DNA of 63,287 nucleotides, the filler included, from Phoronis australis (Eukaryota; Animalia; Phoronida): assembly GCA_002633005.1 (NCBI GenBank). It is 7 parts of 7 records of this genome, joined end to end, with 100 filler letters (N's around TTAATTAATTAA, not from the genome) between each part and the next. Parts side by side here need not be neighbours in the genome. Positions count along the whole stretch, not along the records: positions 50,050 to 56,426 come from NMRA01000816.1; positions 56,527 to 63,287 come from NMRA01002121.1; 5 more parts are not named here. The stretch is one strand, 5' to 3'. A model generated the notes under the pieces. That model was not told where the DNA came from and made no database searches. It saw only the letters and a list, made by a program, of their open reading frames with translations. A program made the position numbers and the translations under genes. Of the stretch, positions 51,029 to 63,287 are shown piece by piece (the stretch's first letter is position 1; each line of letters starts with the position of its first letter).

Positions 51029-51522
51029 GTCAGTTAGCTAGATTATTTCTGAAGCTCAAAATGTCTGCCTATTGCAGTTTTTCGTGTAGCATGCTGTATC
51101 CTAAATGTATGCCTGGAATCAAGATAGTAAGCCCTGTTGATAGTAAAATTTTTGTAAGTCAGATAGACTTCATTCAATTCAAACAAAGCTTCACAGTTCC
51201 ATCTTAGTTAATGCAATCGTGCAGAGTCCTGCGTTATTTTTCCAATCATGCATTCAGCCCTTCAGATATGCCAGTTTTCACCTAATAACTCAGATATAAT
51301 TGTGTACAGTAAAATCTCGCAAATTTAGGTCACAATATGGCCGACAAGTGAAATTTATTTCATCATCATTCGTGAAACGTGTAGCACCCACCAAATGAAG
51401 TTTATACCACAACTGCCAGCAAACGTTTTGGAAATTTCTGGGCATTCACAGCTACCATAGGACAAACTTTTGAAAAATATAAAAGGCATTTTAGGAAGTT
51501 ATATATGTCCAAAATTGGAGAG

Positions 51523-51627
51523 ATTTTACCATAATGAGGCTGGATCAGACGTCTGCATTTTACCATAATGAGGTAGGATCTGACCTCTGCATTTTACCAT
51601 AATGAGGTTGGGACAGACGTCTGCATT
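51523..51627. repeat. 34-bp tandem repeat x3 in rhomboid intron
   Basis: Unit attttaccataatgagg..ggatcagacgtctgc. Confidence 0.9.
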
Positions 51628-51698
51628 GTGTTTGCTGTAGTGTGAAAATCAAAAACAAGCGAGACATGTTCTTTACTCCATGGAACACTCCATTTCAG

Positions 51699-51874
51699 GT
51701 CTCCTTATTGGCATTCCTGTGTTGAGAAATCTTCACGAGAAACCATGGGAACGCATTTTCTTCTGGGTGGCCATTATCATGTATTGTGTTGCTGTCTTAT
51801 TCGCCGTCCTATGGAACGGTTTCTGGCCCGGCTTTCCTGACACCGACTGGAAGCCATGCTGTGTGTACCCATAG
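51699..51874 (+). CDS. Rhomboid protease, last coding exon
   Basis: tttcag|, phase 1, completes Gly: GLLIGIPVLRNLHEKPWERIFFWVAIIMYCVAVLFAVLWNGFWPGFPDTDWKPCCVYP*. Resembles the recalled GL..G..VL.N......E....W pattern and seventh TM of animal rhomboids. Confidence 0.88.
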
Positions 51875-51937
51875 GCCCATAAGGTTTCTTAATATATATT
51901 TCTGTGTTGGTTCTATTCTGTGTAAAATTCCGACCTC

Positions 51938-53052
51938 GTCTATGCATGATTCAAGCTATATGCGAACTTTCAAGACTATTCTGTACAAAAATGTGTCCCT
52001 GTTTGCAGTTACGAGTTATCTCTTAGAAATCAAATTTTAATTTATTAAAATATGCTTTTATACAATTTTCTAGTCTTTCAAACGCAACTGTAAAGTAAAA
52101 ATAATGAATGCAGTCATTACTGATTCTCTAAGTACCATACAGGCACTAATTTATTTGTTGTGTCTTTGGTAATTTATGCGAGCAAATGTCAGCAAGTGTT
52201 TTGGGGTCTGAACTTTTTTGTGTTGAAAGTTTGATTATTCTCATATTGCCCTCATCTGTACATATTTTGGGACTGATATTTTTTTGCTGGAAGTTGTTTT
52301 TGATTAATGTCGTGTTGCTGAATTTGAGCAGGGTTCCTGCTCACGACATGCAAGTTTCTGTTCATTGATTCACAATAGTTTTCCAAATAAACTGGACAGA
52401 CTTTGGCAGAATGCTCTGCAAAACTTGCACCAATATCTTGCCAGACTTGTTTGGGCGTTTAGTCAAATATTTGTTGTAGTAAAATAATTGNGTCTATGCA
52501 TGATTCAAGCTATATGCGAACTTTCAAGACTATTCTGTACAAAAATGTGTTCCTGTTTGCAGTTACGAGTTGTCTCTTAGAAATCAAATTTTAATTTATT
52601 AAAATATGCTTTTATACAATTTTCTAGTCTTTCAAACGCAACTGTAAAGTAAAAATAATGAATGCAGTCATTACTGATTCTCTAAGTACCATACAGGCAC
52701 TAATTTATTATTATTTGTTGTGTGTCTTTGGTAATTTATGCGAGCAAATGTCAGCAAGTGTTTTGGGGTCTGAACTTTTTTGTGTTGAAAGTTTGATTAT
52801 TCTCATATTGCCCTCATCTGTACATATTTTGGGACTGATATTTTTTTGCTGGAAGTTGTTTTTGATTAATGTCGTGTTGCTGAATTTGAGCAGGGTTCCT
52901 GCTCACGACATGCAAGTTTCTGTTCATTGATTCACAATAGTTTTCCAAATAAACTGGACAGACTTTGGCAGAATGCTCTGCAAAACTTGCACCAATATCT
53001 TGCCAGACTTGTTTGGGCGTTTAGTCAAATATTTGTTGTAGTAAAATAATTG
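51938..53052. other. ~555-bp duplication split by a single n (probable unmerged contig overlap)
   Basis: 51938-52490 is near-identical to 52492-53052, with n at 52491. The same pattern occurs at 47252-47330 (n at 47291). Confidence 0.85.
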
Positions 53053-53938
53053 TCATACATCGGCAAAGAGTTTACTGTGACATCATAGCTGGTATTTTTT
53101 TATTTGTAAATGTACTTGTGTTACAAGTTGTGACTGTTTCAACAAAGTGTGTGTGGAGATTTTGGCAAGAATTTGTCAGAATTGAAACATGTTGCAGTCA
53201 AATATGTCAAAATTTATTTTTGGTGTCAAATTTCAACTTTGTCCTCTTTATTTGGAAACTGCTGTTATAACAGAAGCTTTAAATTAGAAAATGGAGGCAA
53301 GTAAAATATTATTTATTCTTCTTGAAGTAGTGTAACACTTTTGGCTGATATTAGATCTCGCTTATACCCTATAAATGTGTGCGTTTTTATTATAACAGAT
53401 AGTCGCCACATTTACTATAAATTTTAACTCTTACAGTGTGTACTTCTCAAAATGCAAAGACGGAAGAGATACTTTGTTCAATTTTATATTATTTAGTAAA
53501 TTCATCTATAACAATTATTTTTCTATGTGTATTGAAACATTACCAGTTTTCTGAAGACTTAATGTACGAGATATGTTTATGGAAGATTGTCAGTATATAT
53601 TTCTATGTTCAGATACGATAATCGCTGGATAATGTCGTAAAAAGGACAACACGCATTCGCCCGCAATGTCTAAAGTAAAATAAAAATGTGCCTTCCTTGC
53701 CTTGAAAGGAAGGTAAAATATTGGTGTTCACATTTTAGGCATGTGAGTTGAGCCTTTGGTGCGAAGGTGCGGAGTAGTTCCCATAGTTGTTCATCAAGGT
53801 CAAGGACGATGTGTAACCCGTAATTTGTGGAATGATTAATTACTTTTAACCTCATAACAATCTGGGAATCTTGTCCTTTGTCGTTTGCAACTTTACTTTC
53901 AGTGATTTTCATTTAAGACTGCACATAGCACTGTTTAT

Positions 53939-54180
53939 CTGGCTAAGCAATAAAACAGAACTACTGGGTAGGCCTTTTACTCTAGTAAAATCCATATTAC
54001 AATGTTCTCACTGTGATAGGATTCTATTTCGCTTAACATCAAATGGAAACAGAATGCTGTCACAGAGGCTCATTATTATTAAATGATTTTATGGAAATAG
54101 AATCCTATCACGGTGAAAAATATCATGCAACCAATTTTATGGCAATAAAAGGGTTAATTTGATTTTCGTTTTTAGCCACC
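53939..54180. mobile_element. Palindromic MITE
   Basis: tcactgtgataggattctatttc / gaaatagaatcctatcacggtga, with outer ggctaa / ttagcc. Related copies at ~56620-56905 and ~57574-57670. Confidence 0.65.
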
Positions 54181-56365
54181 TAAACAGGTCACAATGTGCC
54201 TCTGAACATCAATTATGTTACTTAATCTGTCGGGTTACCAGGGTGTTTGTGTTAGTCGTTCGTTATGCCCTCGATCTCGGAAACTACTGCCCACAGAGGG
54301 CGCTGGGTCTTTCAAGACCCAAACACCAATAATTGGGTCAAGCCTTTCCCGTCTAAGTTTTTAATGGACTTCAGTTGGTCTGTGGGTGTGTTTTTATATG
54401 TAAGCAAATATCATAGACAACAGAAGCGGAACTCTGATATTTTCTTTTGAAATTCCCAAAGAAGGCACCACTCTCTTGCACTGCGACTCAGTTAGCAGAT
54501 GACATGCTTACTGTAAGTAAAACATGCTATCACATCAGTTGCCACTAGGGAATAGTGATGTGGGCGCCAACTGTGAAACTAGAGTATTGTAGGTCATGGC
54601 CTCAGTGATGTGCATTGAGAATTTTCATATACTAATTCCTATGGGGGAACCCAAAACAAATGGTTCCACCCCAAAACTTGAAGACATTGGTTTTCAAAGA
54701 TGGTGCTCGTTTTGTGGCTTGGAAAAAAATGGTGTTGTTCATGTGTTCAAGATGAGGTGTTTACTATTTTCGTGTGGCGTGTTATTTTTACTTGTGGCTC
54801 AGTACTTGTATTTGTGCACATATGCAATTTTATTGTTTACTTATTTCTCTGGGTTCTTGTAGTCATCTGTTTATTGTGTATGTCAGTAAAACATTTTCCA
54901 TGTTTTTATCAGTGTGGTGCAGTATAATGTAGTACAATGAAGGCACTTAATTGGACCTGTCCCTTGACATGATCTTTGACCTTTGGCACGATTATTACTT
55001 TGAGTTTTGACACCATTACTAGGTAGATGTTATATTGCCAATGTATATGGCTACCAGTACTTTATTGGTACAGGGGAAATGTTACGTAAAAATAAAGCTA
55101 CTTTTTCCTTTTTTTTCCGTTAGTATTTTTCGTTGTTTAAGTGTTCGCCCTGATTGCAGGGGCAAAATAGTGGCGAACATTTTAGAGCATGTTGTATTGA
55201 TGGGCACTAGGTTGAGTTGATTTAGGTATTTTTGTTTGTGGTGAGTATGTTTTTCCAGATTATGTCAACTCAAGTTTGAATGATGTTTTTATACGTAGCA
55301 CCATGCTGTATCTACAATGACAATAAAAATTTGAAACTCTTTTTGTCTTTTCACATTCGTATTGTCGGCACAGCCATCGATGTCGTTGAAACTTTGTAGG
55401 TACGTTCACCCGCCTTCGGTTATTTTCACAAGACATTTCCTTTGCTCTCGCCTGCTGACCGCAAAAATGTGGCGACTCACTAAGTTTTATTTGAAAGTAT
55501 AAAAACGAGGAATTCAACAGAAATGAGCATTCCCTGACAATAAAACAAGAGAAAGTGCCAAGTTATTTTACTTGTCCATTTTACTCGTCTAATTATTTCT
55601 CAGAACTGCCTAGGGTTGAGCCGGGGAAACAAAACTACTGGAATAGTAGCTCTGACGACTGAACTTGATAAGGTAGGCGTCAATTTATGCATCAAAAGCA
55701 AACGACTGTTGGTTCAATGGAAATCTCAACATGCTATAGACCATGGGCGTTTCATCGGGTGGGCTTGTCTATGGAAAACCCCTGTATCCGTCACACGACG
55801 GGAAATATAGACCTCCGCGAAACGAAATTTCAACAAATAGTGCCGTCATTGGTCCGACTGCGTCCAAAAATAATGGACCTCAAGTTTTTCATTGTTCGTA
55901 AATTTCATGTCGATCGGACGGGAATTGCTATACATGTCGGTGTACACCGTAGTGATGTGTATGCGTGCTATGAACCTGTTAAAAGGCAGCGTATCAACCG
56001 CTTTACTTTCTGATTGGTAAAATAAAGCGCATGTATACTGAACAACACGGATGGAAGCAGTTACCCGTAAATAATAGAATCGATATCAATACCTTGCCAA
56101 AATTGCACTTATCCTTCTTTCATTTTTGTACCCAGTATGCAAATTAACAGGTCACCTGACCAAAACGAGTTTGATCTTGACTATAAGGAAATGCGTGGCT
56201 TTGAACAGACGATTTTTAACATGTAGCCAAGTCAAATGCTCTGTCTGATAATTCGGCGGAATTAAGAGTAAATATTTATTGACAAGTAAGTCAGGGTAGA
56301 GTTCAGTGACCGGCGTTAGGACCGCGCTAAAAAGCAAGACTTCGCGAGATGTTACCATGTATTTT

Positions 56366-56426
56366 CAGGGGCGGATCTACGTTTTCAGTAAGGGGGGGGG
56401 TTTAGGATTCCCGCAAAGGTCGAATC
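56366..56426. mobile_element. Second copy of the hAT terminus seen at 43240, truncated by linker
   Basis: caggggcggatctacgttttcagtaagggggggggtttaggattcccgcaaag, nearly identical to 43240-43291. Confidence 0.85.
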
Positions 56427-56526
56427 NNNNNNNNNNNNNNNNNNNNNNNNNNNNNNNNNNNNNNNNNNNNTTAATTAATTAANNNNNNNNNNNNNNNNNN
56501 NNNNNNNNNNNNNNNNNNNNNNNNNN
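56427..56526. other. Artificial contig linker
   Basis: N44-TTAATTAATTAA-N44. Confidence 0.97.
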
Positions 56527-59070
56527 TCATCTAAATCTAGTTTCGCATAACTACACGCAGTGCACAGCAACGAATGTCACACTAGATACAGTGGTAGGTC
56601 TTAGCAAGAAGCCCACTCCACTCCCTAAAAACGAAAATCGAGTTTGGCCTGTTAGTCTCATAAATCGGTTTCAAAGTATTCCTTACCGCGATAGTTTTCT
56701 ACTTCCATTACCAACTCAAGTCACAGGCAATTGACTCGTGCGCCGCTTTCGATTATTTCAGAGTTGGCCAGTCTCAATGAAGTCTGAAGTCTGAAGTATT
56801 TTAATTGTTCTTGTTGGTAACAGAAGCACAATCCTTATCACGGTAAGGAATATTTCGAGATCTGTTTTACGAGGGCATAAGATCTAGTCCCGTTTGATTT
56901 TTTCCACAGCTGAAATGCAGTTTCAAAATTCAAAATCAACGGAATCATCATCCTTGATATGGGTCCTATAATTTCAAAGCGGCGCGGTTCTTGCACACTC
57001 GAACAACAATGGGGAAAATCAAAAAGTTTGGTTTAAATTCCAAACAAATCAAAAGCAAAAGAAAATAACATGAAAAGGATTCAGCAGCTTTCAAACCACA
57101 TACAAAGCCTTCTGTGGCAGCAGTATTGTTTTTGTTCTTGGAGTGGATGAACCTTTGATTCTTTGTTTTTTCTTAAAATGGCGAGTTAGCATTGAACAGA
57201 ATAAAGTTGTCCTATAAACTCTGCGTGGTACACAATAGAACACAATCGATTTTAGGGCCATTATTCACCATTGGGGTTACTGTTGCCAGTTGGGATATAA
57301 CACCTTGCAATTGTGAACTTTAACCAGAGTTATAAAACATAAAAATTATTTGTGTTTTTGTGATGTTACTGGAAATGCCCGATTTCCGTCGTTGACTTGC
57401 AGTCATTCGGTAGAATTAACTGAAATGTAGGCCAGTGACCTTATCACAGCTAAAAACAAAGACACAAAACCATTTTTATATCTATGCTTACGATTGGGGT
57501 TCAGTGATATCACATAGACAACACTGTCGCAGATAGTGTCACTAGTTAAAACTGTTTTTCGACCTGATTAACCGGCTAAAAATGAAAATCAGTCGAGGTA
57601 GGACTTTTACTCTAAAAGTTCGGTCTCATAATATTCCTTGCCGTTCTCCTTCCGTTACCAATCTCAAAACCATCAGAGTTTATTAGCCCCCCCCCCTAAA
57701 ATTGCGGAATCGTTAATTTTTATTTTTTCTGGAAATCCCCTCACAGGAGAAAGTGAATAACTCTGTAATTGACGTTGCGAGAAGGTAATTTCGCCAGGAA
57801 TCGTTAAAGGGGATTTTGACGAGCTTTCGCTTTCCATGGCTCTGTAAATTAACATTTGACTGTTCAAAACAACGAGCATATTATGGTGTAATGCCGGAAC
57901 CTCTGGCAACATTACGTGCAGTATCAGCCCTTTATGGACACCTAATTTCTTTGTATTTAAATCTGTTCTATTCCATGTCCAATTTGCAGAATTAGACAAA
58001 TTTAAAAGTCAAATTTCATGGAAATGTGCAACTTTAAGTACGTCGATTTTTCACTTTGTAAAATACAAAATTTTGTGATACAAAAATATCAAAACCTAAT
58101 TGCTTTTCATCAATGGTGACAGAAGAGACTAAACCTCCCGTGGTATATGCACGTGCCCCCCAAGACGTCAAGAGATAAGCGTGGAGCCAGGGGCAGTCGA
58201 GAAAAGAAAAACCTCGAAACAAGGAGAAGAGAAAAAAATCGGGAGAACATTTGACAACTATCAGTGCATGATTTATCCTTTGAAGGCCGTGGTCACGACA
58301 TTGTCGTTAGGGGGCTCGCTTCTTGCGGCATACGTTACCTAAACACACTGGAAAACGTGCTCCTAATCATTCATACATGTATTTTGAAAAAAATTGAGAG
58401 TATTCGTAAAGCACAGCTTTTGTGGAGCGTATTGAATTCACTAGGTTTTTAAATTCTATAAGACAATTTTGCGAACGGAAAACAATATTTTTCCAGAGGC
58501 CCCGCTCTAGCAACGGATAATGGATACAAAGGTCTCTCTATTTTTTCGTTTTTTCCCTCTAAATTCTTGTATATTACTTGAGGAAAATTGATGACCTGAT
58601 AGATTGCATTAGTTGCTGAGCATGTCTTGTTTTTTTTTGAAAGCATATATCTTTTCATATTTATTGTCCCAGCTCTTGAAGGAAGGATTCCTGGCGTCCG
58701 TGGAAGTGCATCATTTTCTCCAGCCACCAGAAACTGTTTTACTTGTTTTTCAACGAGGGATATTGAAACAACTCCAAAAGAACTTTACCATGAAATTCCG
58801 GACGTCGCCTTTTCAAAAATACCTTCAAAGAGTGACCCTGATAAAATGAACTTTTCCCAAACTGGATCATAATAAACTGAACCTTGACCGTAGATCCAGC
58901 GCAGATGGATTGCTACGAAGCTGAGCTGTTTGTCTCAAGTATCTTTGTCTCACTGAATCATAGCTGAGGTGACCAGCGCCTAGCCTAGCTAGTTCATTCG
59001 TCATTCAGTTCGTATTTCCACACTGGCAGCTCTCGGCTATCGTGACTTGATGACTTGAGGCAGTGATACG

Positions 59071-59240
59071 CGTAAAATGTAACAATTTCGTAAAATGTCA
59101 CAACTTTTAAATTTTATGTCACTGTTACAGCTCACGCTGCTAGGCCTCTCCTAAAATGTAACAATTTGTTACATTTGACTTAATTGTTACAATTTACCAA
59201 GAATGCACGTGCGAGAGTTGTAGCATTGTTACATTTTACG
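59071..59240. mobile_element. MITE with repeated GTAAAATGTAACA motifs
   Basis: Perfect 16-bp inverted repeat cgtaaaatgtaacaat / attgttacattttacg; the motif recurs at ~63203-63232. Confidence 0.6.
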
Positions 59241-59299
59241 GAAGTGAAGTCATTTTTCATGAGTGTTCACGGTATTTTTCACAGGGAAGAAAACGGTTC

Positions 59300-59760
59300 A
59301 CTCACTTCTTTCCCGGATTGTTTGAATGAAATTATGTCTAACGTGCTAGCTTCAACTTATAAATGTGTACATTATGTGCTTTACATAGTTTTTAACACGA
59401 ATAGTTTCTTGGTGTAATGAAAATGTACCGCGTACAGTTTCAATTCCATACGAAGGGAGTTTCCAGGATCAGGTTAAGAAGTTTGTTATTAAGCGTCGTT
59501 CTTGCAAACTTTTTGGGCGCTCACAGGTTATAAACCAATTGTGTATCCGGCATTACAGTAAACAAACTTCCCTTGATAAGCACAAACAATTACATCGTAG
59601 GCCCTATTTTGGCTAATGACTATTGTATTTCTTCGGGGGAAAAACGAACCCATGGAAATTTCCACGGAAAGAAAATTCAATTTCGGAAGCCAATTTGATA
59701 GAAAAATCACCCGCTTTAGTTCACGATAGTTGGATTTATTTCGTCCAGTATTGTCTTGAA
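59300..59760 (-). pseudogene. Possible highly decayed LINE (CR1/L2-like) RT fragment
   Basis: Scattered peptides FSPEEIQ*SLAKI, KLLNLILET, SLHQETIRVKNY and DIISFKQSG occur in the order expected for an RT N-terminus. Many stops and frameshifts. Confidence 0.3.
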
Positions 59761-60495
59761 GTCATTGCTAATGCAAGGTCAAAGTTTCTCATATCGACGG
59801 GTTCTTTCAACCACCTTATTTGTAAAAGTCTGTTGACGAAGTCCATCTCACTGCTGTGCTGGCTAAATTTCTTATGAAGCACACTATTCGCGCGCGCACC
59901 CACATAGGGAAACAAAAAACTACATCAGAGAACTAAATATACCATAGGGGTCCACCTGGCCAAGAATTTCTTGTGATTACAATATTCATTTCTCTACACG
60001 ATGATAATCGATGATTTTCGTTTTGGCAACTTCTAAATTTGGTTGATTAGTTTCGTAAGATGAAGTTTTGAATTACATAATATTTCGGACCCATCAGATT
60101 GCCCCAAAATATATCTTTGGGCGTAACCTCTAATAACTGATCTGTTTTTGACTAATCCATTCACTAAACGTCATCCAATTAAAAGACTGCACAATATTGC
60201 AAAACCAGTACAGATGGAAATATCCTCTAACTCATTATCACAGAAAAAGTAGTCATCATTTGGTAAAATTTCAATCTTGTGAAGATAAGTATTTGTATTG
60301 ATAATTCTGTAATTTGGTGAATCGAAATTGTTGAGTCATTCGGTAGATTTTAGATTTCAAAAGTATGCTTTTATGTTTATAACGTACATCCAAACTCCAC
60401 AGAAGTTCAGTTTACCAACACTTCTGCTGTCACGTCGTGAAAACTTGAGATCCATGATTTACTTCGAAGTCACTATTGTTGAAGTTAGACACGGA

Positions 60496-60793
60496 TTTGC
60501 ACATCACAGGCAACGCAAACATATTTCTTGTGATCTACAATCCCAATTGTCACGTGATGCCGCACCCTGATGACACTAGTCTTCCTAATCAAAACGGACA
60601 GCGAACTTATTAACTTGCTGATCTAGTTACAGAATTCGTTGGTTTGCGTATCACAGGCAACGCAAAAATATTTCTTGTTGTGATCTACAAACCCAATGAT
60701 CATGTGATGCGGCACCTTGATGAAAGTAGTTTTTTTCTAATCAAAACTTATAGCGAAATCACTAAGCAACTGATCTAGTTACAGAATTTGTTG
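60496..60793 (+). repeat. 147-bp tandem dimer with degenerate hammerhead-like core
   Basis: Two diverged copies starting tttgc..atcacaggcaacgcaaa. Each has (C/T)TGATGA...tag...ctaatc-AAAAC. Confidence 0.75.
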
Positions 60794-60984
60794 CTTTGGA
60801 TGATCTCTTGAATAAGATTTATAAACTGGACATCTTTTCACTTTTCAGTAAATTGCTACCCGCGGCTCGCGATTCAGAACACAAACTGCAGTTCTAACAG
60901 CTTGCAGATAGGTTGGTTTAGCTCACAAAATTAAAAAAGGTCGCAACTGAGAACATGTAATACAGATGCGTTCGAAGCTTAGAT

Positions 60985-61980
60985 CAGGGCCGTAGGAAGC
61001 GGGGGGGGGNNNNNNNNNNNNNNNNNNNNNNNNNNNNNNNNNNNNNNNNNNNNNNNNNNNNNNNNNNNNNNNNNNNNNNNNNNNNNNNNNNNNNNNNNNN
61101 NNNNNNNNNNNNNNNNNNNNNNNNNNNNNNNNNNNNNNNNNNNNNNNNNNNNNNNNNNNNNNNNNNNNNNNNNNNNNNNNNNNNNNNNNNNNNNNNNNNN
61201 NNNNNNNNNNNNNNNNNNNNNNNNNNNNNNNNNNNNNNNNNNNNNNNNNNNNNNNNNNNNNNNNNNNNNNNNNNNNNNNNNNNNNNNNNNNNNNNNNNNN
61301 NNNNNNNNNNNNNNNNNNNNNNNNNNNNNNNNNNNNNNNNNNNNNNNNNNNNNNNNNNNNNNNNNNNNNNNNNNNNNNNNNNNNNNNNNNNNNNNNNNNN
61401 NNNNNNNNNNNNNNNNNNNNNNNNNNNNNNNNNNNNNNNNNNNNNNNNNNNNNNNNNNNNNNNNNNNNNNNNNNNNNNNNNNNNNNNNNNNNNNNNNNNN
61501 NNNNNNNNNNNNNNNNNNNNNNNNNNNNNNNNNNNNNNNNNNNNNNNNNNNNNNNNNNNNNNNNNNNNNNNNNNNNNNNNNNNNNNNNNNNNNNNNNNNN
61601 NNNNNNNNNNNNNNNNNNNNNNNNNNNNNNNNNNNNNNNNNNNNNNNNNNNNNNNNNNNNNNNNNNNNNNNNNNNNNNNNNNNNNNNNNNNNNNNNNNNN
61701 NNNNNNNNNNNNNNNNNNNNNNNNNNNNNNNNNNNNNNNNNNNNNNNNNNNNNNNNNNNNNNNNNNNNNNNNNNNNNNNNNNNNNNNNNNNNNNNNNNNN
61801 NNNNNNNNNNNNNNNNNNNNNNNNNNNNNNNNNNNNNNNNNNNNNNNNNNNNNNNNNNNNNNNNNNNNNNNNNNNNNNNNNNNNNNNNNNNNNNNNNNNN
61901 NNNNNNNNNNGGGGGGGTTATTTGGCGACGTCGAAATGGTTTGTACCCCCCTCAATAATTTTGGCCTTTCTACGGGCCTG
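60985..61980. mobile_element. TIR element with 5-bp TSD TAGAT spanning an assembly gap
   Basis: TIR cagggccgtaggaag / ctttctacgggcctg; TAGAT at 60980-60984 and 61981-61985; poly-G on both sides of the gap. Confidence 0.8.
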
Positions 61981-62729
61981 TAGATAAAATGATAAAAGAA
62001 TTCTCAATGCTTGTTTATGGACGATTTCCACAGGATGGCTCATTCCTTTTAAAGGCATCAGTGTAAAGATGACCTTTTACATTCAGGGTCGGTTTTATTT
62101 AAGTTGAGCGTCACACAGTGTTCGAAGTTCAGCAAATTAATGTACTAGCTCGATGTTTTCTACCCAATTAAAGTTCCGCTGACTAATCTGCATTTTTTTG
62201 TTATTTTTACGCTTTTTGGAGATTCTAGCTAGTAGTTGGCTCGAAGAACCTGACGCGATTTTATTGTTAGCGCAGGACTAAGGACGTCTTGATTTCTGTA
62301 GATTGGTTAAAACACAAGTGTGGTTGTTTGACCATCTGTACCTTGATCCAGACTCTCTCATATTCAAGGTAGTAATGCCACGTAAAGCTACGAAGATTTT
62401 CGCTTGTGCAACTCTACTCTGGTTTAGTAGACCGACTATGCGATGCGACATAAATTACATTGTATTCGACCAAGCTGCATTGAGAAATTGAAATTATGCC
62501 ATGTAGATGTTACACATCTTTGTAACTAAATATACTTTTTAGTACGCACTTGAATATGAATACGCCATTTGACTCAACAGCAAGAGTGCTTGATTCCGAT
62601 TCTTTGAAAAGGAATGTTTTCAACAAGAGACAAAAATAACACGGTGGGTAATCCCCACGTTTAGATGTAAGTCGTAAGTAAACGATTACAATCTGAATTC
62701 AGTTCTTGTGCCAACTATAGGAAGCTTAT

Positions 62730-62762
62730 AGCAATGAGCTATACCAGGTATAGCTCATTGCT
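62730..62762. repeat. Perfect 33-bp palindrome
   Basis: agcaatgagctatacc-a-ggtatagctcattgct. Confidence 0.85.
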
Positions 62763-63287
62763 TATAGTTATGTCACAAACAATATCGTGCTTACCCGTAG
62801 TTCAAAAATAATCAATTATTTGAAGTTTGCGCAGTGGTCTAAACAAAATTTTATACCTTAACCTCATCGTTTCCCAAAAGTAGGTCTACTCTGCATCCAC
62901 ACTTGTCAAGACGTTTCTCAAAGTATAGTTGCGGTTGAACATAGGAACCCCTTTGAAATCGCTTTGAAACAACACTCGCTGTCCATTATGGGAAACCAGA
63001 AATGAGATGATTTTAAAATCTTTGAGTACCATGATGTATAAGCACTTTGCTAAGCATGTATACATGTATTGTGTATATTGCACAGTGTCCTCGTTAAATC
63101 AATTCAATAATAATAGTAATAATGATAATGGTTAGCCAAATTCATGCCGGTCAGCCCGGAGGACATTCCTATAGAAGAGGTATACGAAAAGTGCCGGTCA
63201 ATGTAAAACGTAACATTGACGTAAAATGTAACAGTTGCTACAGTTTACAAGCCAAGGCAGCTCTCATGTAGCTATCCGTCAGTGCAC

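Noticed and set aside
177-51874. Immune gene cluster (defensin, LRR-Ig, rhomboid)
   Set aside because: The genes lie on different linker-separated segments; linkage is unsupported.
51938-53052. Biological duplication of the rhomboid 3' UTR and twin MSASVLGSELF ORFs
   Set aside because: The copies meet at a single n, typical of unmerged overlapping contig ends.

Overview
AT-rich, intron-containing animal genomic DNA; the repeat families suggest a marine invertebrate, but the species cannot be identified from the sequence. The window is seven segments joined by artificial 100-bp linkers (44 N + TTAATTAATTAA + 44 N), and genes break off at those linkers, so adjacency across them is probably not biological. 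Recognisable host genes: (1) a complete two-exon prepro-defensin of the CS-alpha-beta type on the minus strand (2685-2604 + 289-177), whose spliced form and mature peptide are absent from the ORF track, with an unusual acidic 29-aa mature peptide; (2) six internal exons of NELF-A (minus, 36031-42147); (3) the 3' part of an intronless LRR-LRRCT-Ig protein that stops right after the Ig domain (minus, 49317-49949); (4) the last two exons of a rhomboid intramembrane protease (plus, 50936-51874). The rest is decayed transposons (Kolobok transposase and KolX/P2X7-ballast-like remnants, a hAT element and two MITEs with 5-bp TSDs, a Penelope fragment, a tRNA-derived SINE), palindromic MITEs, degenerate hammerhead-like motifs, minisatellites and assembly artefacts. 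No prokaryotic systems, CRISPR arrays, rRNA or functional tRNA were seen. All family assignments are from recalled motifs, not database searches.
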